IMG/VR virus record: IMGVR_UViG_3300009285_011187
Direction: 5' to 3' (one strand)
DNA from: an uncultured virus (IMG/VR IMGVR_UViG_3300009285_011187)
Taxonomy: Duplodnaviria > Heunggongvirae > Uroviricota > Caudoviricetes
DNA: 64,000 nucleotides
A program made the position numbers and the translations under genes. A model generated the notes under the pieces. That model made no database searches. It was not told the DNA's origin and saw only the letters and a list, made by a program, of their open reading frames with translations. Of this stretch, positions 37,031 through 45,799 are shown in pieces (within the stretch, counting starts at the first letter, position 1; each line of letters begins with the position of its first letter).

Positions 37031-39913
37031 TCATCCGATTCCGGTAGCGTAGATGCTAATTGAGTCTCCACTAAGAAAAGTGTAAGTATTCGTTGCCGTA
37101 TTAAAATTATTGCCAATCAATCGATGAATCCCGGCATATCCGCTATTATTATATTCAATATTGCCAGTGTCTGCATACCAACCCAACCTTTCATTTGTCA
37201 AAACATTGCAGTTTTTGCCTGTAAATGTTTGTTCGGACCCACTTGTTACATTGCCTAATGTTTCATAATCATCCATTAAGAAATCATCGCCGCTAATCAA
37301 TTCAAACGTGCCCATTCTGCAGCCGGTTAAGTCGGTGTAGGCCCAGAGCTTAAATGTATTCAAAATACCAGAAGCATTTGCCGGATTTTCTGTTACGATT
37401 ATTGTGTAAGCTCCCATGGAGGTATTACGATTTATTACGGAAGCCCCGATATCAATTAAAACAGGCGGGATCGTTGTTGATGTAGTAGTTGTTGAGCTGG
37501 TCGATGTAGTGGAGCTAGTGGTCGTTGACGAGCTGGTACTGGTTGATGATGTCGTGCTTATAGTAGATGCCGTGGTACTGGTTGACGAGGTTGTTGAAAC
37601 CGTTGACGCCGTCGAGCTAGTCGTTGAAATAGTTGACGAGGTTGTAGTAAACGTAGATGTTGTCGTCGAGATAGTTGATGCCGTGGTCGATGTTGTTGTT
37701 ATGGTAGTCGAAGTAGAAGTTGTCGTCGTCATCGTAGTCGATGTCGTGCTGACAGTAGAAGCGGTGGTGCTCGTTGTAGAACCGGTCGACATTGTGGTCG
37801 AGGTCGTGGAAGCGGTAGATGATGTCGTCGAACTAGTTGATGTTGTCGATCCGGTAGTAGAGACAGTCGTCATCGTGGTCGAAGTCGTGGAGAACGAAGA
37901 CGTCGTCGTAGAAATCGTCGAACTGGTTGTCGAGACAGTCGAACTAGTCGAAGATGTTGTAGATATAGTTGACGCCGTGCTCGATGTGGTGGTCGACGAG
38001 CTTGTCGTGGTAGTCGAGGTCGATGTGGTGGATGCAGTGGAGCTGGTTGTGGAGATTGTTGATGCTGTTGTGGAAACTGTTGTCTGCGTCGATGACGTTG
38101 TGGTCGAAGAACTGGTCGTCGTCATGGTCGTACTGGTCGTAGAGATTGTCGAGGCCGTGGTTGATGTCGTACTGTAGGTCGTAGTTGTCGAACTTGTCGT
38201 AGTAGCCGAGGTTGATGTGGTCGAAATAGTGGACGCTGTCGAAGCTGTCGAGCTGGTTGACGACGAAGTTGTTGTCGTAGAAGTGCTGGTCGAGGTTGTT
38301 GTCTCGGTAGTCCCTGTAGCCGTTGTCTGCGTCGATGTCGTCGTCGTTGAGCTGGTGCTTGTCATCGTGGTCGAGGTCGTAGAAACGGTACTGGCGGTTG
38401 AGGCTGTAGAAGACGTAGAGCTAGTCGTCGACGAACTGGTGGTTGTGGTCGAAGTGGACGTTGTCGAAATTGTGCTGGCGGTTGACGCCGTTGAAGAAGT
38501 AGAACTGGTGGTCGAGGAACTGGTGGTCGATGTCGAGGTTGACGTTGTAGAAATAGTGCTCGCTGTCGATGCAGTAGAGACCGTAGAACTTGTGGTCGAG
38601 ACACTCGTACTCGTGGTTGACGTAGAAGTCGTCGAAATGGTGCTCGCTGTTGATGCCGTTGAAGAACTCGAGCTGGTGGTCGAGGAACTAGTTGTGGTTA
38701 AGCTGGTCGAAGTGGTCGATATAGTGCTGGCCGTCGATGCAGTGGATGCCGTCGAGCTCGTTGTCGATGAACTGGTTGTCGTTGTCGATGTGGACGTCGT
38801 CGAGATGGTGCTGGCTGTCGATACTGTGGAGGCGGTAGAGCTGGTTGAGCTGGACGTAGTCGTCGAGGTAGATGTCGTTGTTTCCGTTGTCCCGGTCTCG
38901 GTAGTCTGTGTCGATGATGTCGTTGTCGAACTGGTCGATGTGGTCGAAGTTGACGTGGTGCTAATGGTCGATGCCGTAGAGAACGTCGTGCTGGTAGTCG
39001 AAGAACTTGTCGATGTGGTCGAAGTTGAGGTCGAAGTGGTGGAAATAGTACTGGCAGTCGATGAAGTGGTGGATGCAGAGGTTGAGGTTGTCGATGTCGT
39101 TGAGAACGAAGAAGTTGTCGTCGAAACGGTAGATGCCGTTGACGAAGTTGTTGATGTTGTCGATACCGTAGACGCAGTGGTCTCTGTTGTGCCAGTCGCG
39201 GTTGTTGATGTAGAGCTCGTCGTCGTAAAGCTCGTCGTTGTTATACTGGTGCTGGTCGTGGATGCAGTTGTTCCGGTCGCCGTGGTCTGCGTCGAACTGG
39301 TGGTGGAGCTGGTACTGGTGGTCGTTATACTGGTGCTGGTGGTCGAGGCAGTGGTCGAGGTTGTAGAGACTGTGGATGCGGTTGTAGAAGTCGAAGATAT
39401 TGTTGTTGATGTCGAAGATGTCGTCGTCGAAGAACTGGTTGTCGAAATTGTCGTCGTAGTCAAAGACAGTGTCGCCGTGCCAGTAACGCAGCCAGCCAAA
39501 AGCATGGATGTTGCGGACGTGGCAATCCCCATATACTGACGCCTGTTAAAAGGTGGAGGAATCTGCGTTAGTGCGCCGGCAACGCTTTCTGAAAGATATA
39601 CCGGCCGACCGACAGAGAAAGACCAGCCAGCGTAAGTAATAGGCCCAACACGTTGACCCATGACGACATCGTTAAGGACGCCCGCTTCCAATGCCAGACA
39701 AAGAGCTGGTTGCTTAATGTTATTGGCCAACGCCTTGCCCCATTTTCCATTGGCCATAACATAGAGAGCATCGCGATCCGATACAGACTCGCCTAACGTT
39801 GCTTGGACCCGGGAATGGATATGGGTGTCTGCCAGGTCAGCAAAGATGGTCATCAATGCATCCCAACTTTGGACCCCATACAAGACAACAGGAAAATTGT
39901 ATCGTTCAGTCAT
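37031..39913 (-). CDS. mucin-like tail fibre/appendage protein
   Basis: ~150-aa anchor domain, ~660-aa almost pure Thr/Ser tract with STASTISTTS repeats, ~145-aa beta-rich C-terminal domain. Confidence 0.75.
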   Translation of the reverse strand: MTERYNFPVVLYGVQSWDALMTIFADLADTHIHSRVQATLGESVSDRDALYVMANGKWGKALANNIKQPALCLALEAGVLNDVVMGQRVGPITYAGWSFSVGRPVYLSESVAGALTQIPPPFNRRQYMGIATSATSMLLAGCVTGTATLSLTTTTISTTSSSTTTSSTSTTISSTSTTASTVSTTSTTASTTSTSITTTSTSSTTSSTQTTATGTTASTTSTSITTTSFTTTSSTSTTATGTTETTASTVSTTSTTSSTASTVSTTTSSFSTTSTTSTSASTTSSTASTISTTSTSTSTTSTSSSTTSTTFSTASTISTTSTSTTSTSSTTTSSTQTTETGTTETTTSTSTTTSSSTSSTASTVSTASTISTTSTSTTTTSSSTTSSTASTASTASTISTTSTSLTTTSSSTTSSSSSTASTASTISTTSTSTTSTSVSTTSSTVSTASTASTISTTSTSTSTTSSSTTSSTSSTASTASTISTTSTSTTTTSSSTTSSTSSTASTASTVSTTSTTMTSTSSTTTTSTQTTATGTTETTTSTSTSTTTTSSSTSSTASTASTISTTSTSATTTSSTTTTYSTTSTTASTISTTSTTMTTTSSSTTTSSTQTTVSTTASTISTTSSTASTTSTSTTTTSSSTTTSSTASTISTTSSTSSTVSTTSSTISTTTSSFSTTSTTMTTVSTTGSTTSTSSTTSSTASTTSTTMSTGSTTSTTASTVSTTSTTMTTTTSTSTTITTTSTTASTISTTTSTFTTTSSTISTTSSTASTVSTTSSTSTTASTISTTSSTSTSSSTTTSSTTSTSSTTTTSTTIPPVLIDIGASVINRNTSMGAYTIIVTENPANASGILNTFKLWAYTDLTGCRMGTFELISGDDFLMDDYETLGNVTSGSEQTFTGKNCNVLTNERLGWYADTGNIEYNNSGYAGIHRLIGNNFNTATNTYTFLSGDSISIYATGIG

Positions 39914-39917
39914 CTTG

Positions 39918-41324
39918 TCACCGCTTACCGCACATTACGGTTGCTGAATCCGATTCAAAATCATCGATATAGTTAGTGATCACAAAAACAACATCATCGG
40001 CCAAGGCGCCGTTGTCGGAATTGTTCATTGCCGATGTGTAGGTCCAGGTCAAGGCTGCGATGGACTCCACAGTCCGGACGAGAATGTCGTTTACGTAAAC
40101 TTTGATTCGGTACAGGCCTTCATAGGCTGTGGCCGGCAAAACGGTACCAGGAGTGCCGATACCGGCGCCGCCGCCGCGCACCCGGGCGCTCCAGGTGAGG
40201 ACAATATTTGCAGTGTACCTGGCGGCGAAGTTAACGCCGTTGGCATAAAAGTTGGTCGGCGCATATGGAGTATAGACCAGACCGTCAATGGTCAGTGCAT
40301 TGACCAGGCTGTTTGTAATGTTGCCTGTATAAAATTTGTTATAAGGCACCAACTTGAATTTTCTGGCAGCGCCGACCACCACCTCCTGGTGTTCCACAGC
40401 GACGACTGATGAGGGGATGACGAATAGGCGTTCTCCATCGGCATGAACCATTCTCTGGGTACCGTACCGGCCGCGGATAACCGTAGAAAGCCGATATTGA
40501 GTTCCGGAAATCGGTGTGATGTCCTGGAATGAAATGATCTCGGTACCGAGAAATCCAAGATTGGCAATGCTGGAAAGGATGTCCGGGAGAGTGTGATCTT
40601 CGACGCGGTTAACATCTGTTTCAAAGTCAATGATAAGGCCGTCTGTATCAATAGTGAAAGTATCGGCGCTGTAAGATCCGACCAGGAAACCAAAAGGGAC
40701 GAGATTGGTAAGCTGTTGTAATAGAAAATAGCTGGCCCCGTCATCAATGCTCATATATAGATAAAATCCGATGTCTTTTGGCAGTTTTCTGGCTGCAACA
40801 GCCAGGATTTTTAGATTTTCACCAACACCGGCGTATGGCGCTTCCCTTACCAACTCATAAGCTAAGGCATCGATGTCGTAAGAAGGAGCTGCAATGGCGT
40901 GGTTGATTGGCGCAGTGTACTCTGTAACTGCATGAGCGCTGGCAAATATATCCTCGATAGCGGTGATCGTGATCTTTTCGGACTCGGCATCGGCTTCTCT
41001 GATTGTTGCCAGCCGGCAAACGAGGTTGGATATTCCGAGTTGCGTATCGGTAAATTTAAAAACGTCGCCTACTTCAAGGCGGAAATGTTCACGGTTTACT
41101 GACACATCGATTTCTGCATAAGGATAAGAAGCCTTCTGCAGATCGCGTCTGGCAGCCCAGACAGCATTTTGGTTGTTCGTGAAATAAGGATACTGAGTGG
41201 TTTTGGAGACAATGCGGCCCTGGATGGTTCTGTTCCCAACGTCGGTAACAATCGGATTGGAGATCGATTGCTTAATATTTATCGATCCTGAAGTAGAGGT
41301 TATGGTGAAATTGTCAATCGGCAT
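39918..41324 (-). CDS. tail tip (host-specificity J/GTA-like) protein, C-terminal half
   Basis: AVWAARRDLQKASYP..V..FRLEVGDVF, VIRGRYGT..HADGER, LTWSARVR. Confidence 0.7.
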   Translation of the reverse strand: MPIDNFTITSTSGSINIKQSISNPIVTDVGNRTIQGRIVSKTTQYPYFTNNQNAVWAARRDLQKASYPYAEIDVSVNREHFRLEVGDVFKFTDTQLGISNLVCRLATIREADAESEKITITAIEDIFASAHAVTEYTAPINHAIAAPSYDIDALAYELVREAPYAGVGENLKILAVAARKLPKDIGFYLYMSIDDGASYFLLQQLTNLVPFGFLVGSYSADTFTIDTDGLIIDFETDVNRVEDHTLPDILSSIANLGFLGTEIISFQDITPISGTQYRLSTVIRGRYGTQRMVHADGERLFVIPSSVVAVEHQEVVVGAARKFKLVPYNKFYTGNITNSLVNALTIDGLVYTPYAPTNFYANGVNFAARYTANIVLTWSARVRGGGAGIGTPGTVLPATAYEGLYRIKVYVNDILVRTVESIAALTWTYTSAMNNSDNGALADDVVFVITNYIDDFESDSATVMCGKR

Positions 41325-41655
41325 GCTTGCCTCGTGCAATTAATAAATCCAGATGCTTGTCTTCCAGGTATGTGATAACGGTGTTCAGAACCTTTGACCA
41401 GCGACCGATAATCAGACCAAACAGAATAAACCATGTCCATGGTTGATCCAGATAAAAGTAATAACCAGCCATTGCGAACCCGATCCACATACTTATGCAA
41501 GCCAAACAGTTCATGAGATGCCCTTTTTCTACGCTATTAAAAAAGGGCGTCAGCCTCATTAAAACTTTACGCAATGGTTGGATTGGCGTACCATTAAACC
41601 AGAGCCAGCTTAATGCTTCAGCGGCTATAATTAGCAAGAATAGCTTCGTAACCAC
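41314..41655 (-). CDS. small membrane protein with CxxC (DUF1360-like)
   Basis: hydrophobic helices around HLMNCLACISMWIG. Confidence 0.55.
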   Translation of the reverse strand: MVTKLFLLIIAAEALSWLWFNGTPIQPLRKVLMRLTPFFNSVEKGHLMNCLACISMWIGFAMAGYYFYLDQPWTWFILFGLIIGRWSKVLNTVITYLEDKHLDLLIARGKHAD

Positions 41656-41824
41656 AGTTGCACCTCTCTTTATATTTTTTGATAGAGCAGCACGGATTCA
41701 TAATTTTCAATTTGCCGCCGCAGCCAGTTGGGCATGGCTTGTTGGTGTACTCTGCTACCGTACCCGGGATGTCGTCAAGTTTCGACGCTTTTTGTAAACT
41801 TTTTAGGTGCTTTTTTAGATTCAT
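41618..41824 (-). CDS. small Cys-rich protein
   Basis: CPTGCGG...PCCS...RCNCGY. Confidence 0.5.
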   Translation of the reverse strand: MNLKKHLKSLQKASKLDDIPGTVAEYTNKPCPTGCGGKLKIMNPCCSIKKYKERCNCGYEAILANYSR

Positions 41825-42215
41825 CTTTATTTTTCTCCAGATTTTGCATCCACCAATTAAGGTCGTTAGGCGAGTTAAGTACGCTTCCTGGTCCAACGTG
41901 GTCCGGATTTGTACAGATTAACTGCACTTTTACGCCTTCGGGATTTTCAGGTACAGGTCTAAACATCATCTCAAAGTCGTCTTCTGGACATCGTGGCCGT
42001 TCATATTCGTCCATCAAGCGGCGTTGGCTGTTCGCTTCCTTGGTAGTAAGAAACACCTGGCGTTGTCTATCTTTAGCTGCACATAGTTCAATCCACAGTT
42101 CATAGGCAATAGATAGATTTTTCGTAACTCCGGAATCGATGAATACCTTATGGGCATCCAATAACTCCAGGCCGCGTTCAATCCATTGTTCCTTGGAAAG
42201 AGTTTTTTTAATCAT
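41775..42215 (-). CDS. hypothetical protein
   Basis: GGAGGG RBS; ATG overlaps the upstream stop. Confidence 0.5.
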   Translation of the reverse strand: MIKKTLSKEQWIERGLELLDAHKVFIDSGVTKNLSIAYELWIELCAAKDRQRQVFLTTKEANSQRRLMDEYERPRCPEDDFEMMFRPVPENPEGVKVQLICTNPDHVGPGSVLNSPNDLNWWMQNLEKNKDESKKAPKKFTKSVET

Positions 42216-44350
42216 TAGAATCCCTCCGGGCAACAACCAGTATCGATCATTTCTTGCGTCCTCACATCTCCAGTAGGCAGTGGACATAAAACATAGGAAT
42301 AGGAAGAAGTCCATGGGCCATCGTTGCCAGTGTGCCCAAGGCAACCTGGGATATCCGGGGTACACGGTTCCAGATCTGGATCATAGCCAGTTTGGCAGGT
42401 TGCCGTGTCAAATGGCAGACCGTCACAGTTGTATTCTATGTAGTAACATTGCCCGCCGCATGGCCCGTATGTGTAGCAAACATCATAACGGTAGGCTACT
42501 GCACAATCATTTGGGTATCCGCTGACGATTATTTCTAGTTGATCTGATCCGCCGCAGCCAGTAACAGTAACAATGGGTTGAGATCCACCACAATCTGCCG
42601 TAGGCGCAGTATAAGTAACGCTGCATCCTTGACTTGGATTGAATGTGCCGGCAGTGGCGCTCCAGGTATATGTTTCAGAGGCTATGCAGTTCGTGACAGT
42701 TAACGTTTGTTGGGATAAAGGAGCCATTTGCGTTGTTGTGTAACCCATGATCGGGGCGTCATTTTCTTCGCCCAGAGAAAATCCTGCGTACCCTGAAGTC
42801 CTGTTAGCGCACGGTACAGATCCGATAAGTTCGTCGTCTCGGTATGCATAGCAGACTTCATCCACGATATCGAGTTTGTAAGTTGTACCGGTAGCTGCAT
42901 TTGACAGGCCAACAGAACTATCTCCAACTAGTACCATATTGAGAGTCAGAATATCTGATTTTCTTAATTGATATTTGTCGCCGGTTGCCGGGTCGTAGTG
43001 TGCGAAGATGCTAAAGACTCCTGTGCATTGATCAATAGTCATATCTGCCTGGATGGTAAGATCGCCCTCGAAAAATTGATTGACATAAGCAATGTCTTGT
43101 ACGGCGATTGAATTATCGTTGACAAGTTTGCCTCCACTTTTTTCAACAAAAAATTGACCAGCACTATAGGACCAGGGTACGCCGTTTAATGAAGCCCAGG
43201 TAGAAAGGGTTACTCTATTTTCTGCACCAGTATAATTAAAATCGTCTTCTACGATATCGGATTCATCGACATTGAAGATTTCTTCATACTGAACTTTCAT
43301 TTCATTGATTGTGTCGATCCAGGAACGCCGCTTGAATGTTGGGTCTTCAAGAAAATTGTCATTGTCGACTGTGGGAATTGTAGCTACATTATAGTCATCT
43401 CTGATCAGCATGGGATGAAACTTGCCATCGTTACCGTAGCGTAGAATCATATCGATGTGCCGGTTAACGTTTTCCAGGTAAGACAGAGCGGCTTCTGCGC
43501 GGTTAAAAAGGATGGATACGCCGCGGCCTTCTGTGAATAGCGTGGAAGCTGCGGTCGCAAAGTCTGCATTGTGCAACCAGGCGGTAGGTGTACCGGCCAT
43601 GGTGTTCAGAATGGCGTACTGGGCATGTGCGCCATTGTAATCATAAGTGCCTATCTCATGATTGGCAGAAAAGCCTTGTGCCGGCCGTTTGGTCATCATA
43701 AATGAAAGCGTAGGCAGCCGATCGTATATTCCCAGCAGACAGTCGTTAAAGAAAGCATAGCAAAGTCCGCGCATTGGAGAATTCAGTGAATTGTCATCCA
43801 GGAGAGTGCCGATACTGCTATTGAGCGCATGATCACTAGTACCAAAATAGAAAGTAATCGAGCCAAAATTAGGGATGGCAATAGTTTCTTCTCCTCCTAA
43901 TGCCGGACGATCCAGTGGCCCGGTCCAAATAGGTACTTCTTCGTTATCGCGATAGATTGCATGCAGTGTGTCTACAGGCCCTTTGCAGAGTCCGACAACC
44001 CATGACATATAGTAATAGTTCCCGGTCTGTTGTTGTTGCGCACCGCCGCCTTTTCCGCCTTGAGCTTCGGTATATTGCGGTTCGGCCCGCTCGCCGCCAT
44101 AGCACAAAAGAGTACCACCAACTATTTTGGCTGTTCCCAAAAGATCATAAATAGGCAAACCGATAACATTGCCAGTTACAGTAAATGGCTCATTCGGAGA
44201 TCCCAGCGATGGGACATCAGGCGTATCAAGCGCCATACCTAGACCAAACCCTAAGGAAGCGCCATATAGTGCTCCCCATGGATTCCCGCCAGATATAAAG
44301 AAACCTATCGTACCGCCGATAGCGGCCCCTATGAGACCCTTAACGCTCAT
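42215..44350 (-). CDS. tail tip (host-specificity J/GTA-like) protein, N-terminal half with Cys-rich extension
   Basis: Gly-rich N-terminus, GGKGGG...YYYMSWVVGLCKGPV, RGLCYAFF, LIRDDY, RRSWIDTINEMKVQY. Confidence 0.75.
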   Translation of the reverse strand: MSVKGLIGAAIGGTIGFFISGGNPWGALYGASLGFGLGMALDTPDVPSLGSPNEPFTVTGNVIGLPIYDLLGTAKIVGGTLLCYGGERAEPQYTEAQGGKGGGAQQQQTGNYYYMSWVVGLCKGPVDTLHAIYRDNEEVPIWTGPLDRPALGGEETIAIPNFGSITFYFGTSDHALNSSIGTLLDDNSLNSPMRGLCYAFFNDCLLGIYDRLPTLSFMMTKRPAQGFSANHEIGTYDYNGAHAQYAILNTMAGTPTAWLHNADFATAASTLFTEGRGVSILFNRAEAALSYLENVNRHIDMILRYGNDGKFHPMLIRDDYNVATIPTVDNDNFLEDPTFKRRSWIDTINEMKVQYEEIFNVDESDIVEDDFNYTGAENRVTLSTWASLNGVPWSYSAGQFFVEKSGGKLVNDNSIAVQDIAYVNQFFEGDLTIQADMTIDQCTGVFSIFAHYDPATGDKYQLRKSDILTLNMVLVGDSSVGLSNAATGTTYKLDIVDEVCYAYRDDELIGSVPCANRTSGYAGFSLGEENDAPIMGYTTTQMAPLSQQTLTVTNCIASETYTWSATAGTFNPSQGCSVTYTAPTADCGGSQPIVTVTGCGGSDQLEIIVSGYPNDCAVAYRYDVCYTYGPCGGQCYYIEYNCDGLPFDTATCQTGYDPDLEPCTPDIPGCLGHTGNDGPWTSSYSYVLCPLPTGDVRTQEMIDTGCCPEGF

Positions 44351-44799
44351 TCCATGATCCTCATGGCATATTTCATTTGCCTGCGCATGGTACGGTCAGA
44401 AAAACTTATCTTACAAACGCACATATCGGTTAAGGCCTGGTAAAGATAGTTGTCAAGATAAATGGCTGCGTGCGCTGCTGCTTGCCCAAAGTGAAACAAA
44501 ATAATGTCGCCATTAATTAAATTTGCAAGAGAAACATCGGTAACGTTGAGTTCTCGGCGGATACTTTCTGAGAGTAGTTCTCTTGTGTTGTGAAGATGCC
44601 AATCCCTTGGATACGAAGGAATCATATTTGGTCGCCAGTGTAAGATGCCCATTTCTTCCAGGACGCGGGCAACAAAATGAATGCAGTCCGTTCCGAGCCC
44701 TTTAACGCCACAGCGATGCCGAAAAGGAGTACCTCGCCATGATTCCACGATACCTCTCAGTTTTTCCTGGTGCGCTATGTCGAGAAAATATGGCTTCAT
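44347..44799 (-). CDS. NlpC/P60 tail-associated peptidase
   Basis: WRGTPFRH...GTDCIHFV...GDIILF...HAAIY. Confidence 0.85.
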   Translation of the reverse strand: MKPYFLDIAHQEKLRGIVESWRGTPFRHRCGVKGLGTDCIHFVARVLEEMGILHWRPNMIPSYPRDWHLHNTRELLSESIRRELNVTDVSLANLINGDIILFHFGQAAAHAAIYLDNYLYQALTDMCVCKISFSDRTMRRQMKYAMRIME

Positions 44800-44980
44800 T
44801 TCACAGCCCAATAATAACTTCTCCAGAATAATTATCACCACTGAACCCTGTCCATGGTGATGCATATTTTAAATAATCTATATCGAGGTCAATGAATTCG
44901 TCATGATCTCCCATATAGAACATAACGTTACTCTGAGGATCGCACCTGGTTAGCCATTCTATTAATTCATATACAGTCAT

Positions 44981-45799
44981 TCACGGCAACCTCTTGTTTG
45001 GATTTTCTATCGGTATGAACGGGAATGCCAGGCTATTTAAAATATTACTGAATTTATCTCGACACGTTTCCAGGCGGCCATCGCAGCCTGGCAGAACGTC
45101 TATCGTATTTCCCGATTCCAGGTTCTGCATCTTGTACATTATGGTAATATCGTTGCCTGTATGGCCGGTGATCATTCTTGCCTCTCCATTATAGCGGACT
45201 TCGCCGAGTGTATAGTAACCGTTGGCTTCCAATCCAAAATCGACACTGGTAAGCACCATTTTTGTAGAATCAAGTGTAACGACGGTCTGGAGTAGGTAGT
45301 TAGCCTCCAGAAGTGTGCAGCCAGCATCGAAAACTTTGTGATTGCAAGTTAATTGGTAACGCCATACCGGAATCGACATTTTTAGGAAGTGTTCAAAGCT
45401 GACACCCTGGATCTCCACAGTTGCGCCCTTGAAGGCGCCTACTTTGATCTGACCGATGAAAATAACTGATTTTTCCAGAGGGTCCTGGTCACGAAACAGT
45501 CTTGAGATTTCAATCCAGACGATGTCTATCGGGTTCTGGGCGATGTACTGTGTAGCCGGAACAGTAACCTTGGAAAACTGGATTGATACTGTTGCGACAT
45601 CCAGATCGCTGTTGTAGGTAATTTCGCCGCGGTGAATCGTTGCCGGCTCGTAAGTGTTTCCTCCAAATACTACCGCTACGTCGCCGTTGGTATAGTACCA
45701 ATAGCTGGATCCTGAGTCGGTCCAGATTTTGTAAAGTTCGACCGGTTGTCGAACATCGGCTTCTTCTTTAGCGATATATTCAGCGGTTTGACTTTTCAT
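44981..45799 (-). CDS. tail hub protein (BR0599/DUF2163, GTA-like)
   Basis: YQLTCNHKVFDAGC and PGCDGRLETCRDKFSNILNSLAFPFIP. Confidence 0.85.
   Translation of the reverse strand: MKSQTAEYIAKEEADVRQPVELYKIWTDSGSSYWYYTNGDVAVVFGGNTYEPATIHRGEITYNSDLDVATVSIQFSKVTVPATQYIAQNPIDIVWIEISRLFRDQDPLEKSVIFIGQIKVGAFKGATVEIQGVSFEHFLKMSIPVWRYQLTCNHKVFDAGCTLLEANYLLQTVVTLDSTKMVLTSVDFGLEANGYYTLGEVRYNGEARMITGHTGNDITIMYKMQNLESGNTIDVLPGCDGRLETCRDKFSNILNSLAFPFIPIENPNKRLP

Noticed and set aside
35553..39539. Long Val/Glu/Asp-rich + strand ORFs (35553-35936, 37416-38177, 38217-39539; also 55879-56145)
   Set aside because: Antisense shadows of Thr/Ser codons in the real minus-strand genes.
35120..44350. Diversity-generating retroelement acting on tail fibres
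   Set aside because: No reverse transcriptase ORF and no template/variable repeat pair differing at adenines were seen.
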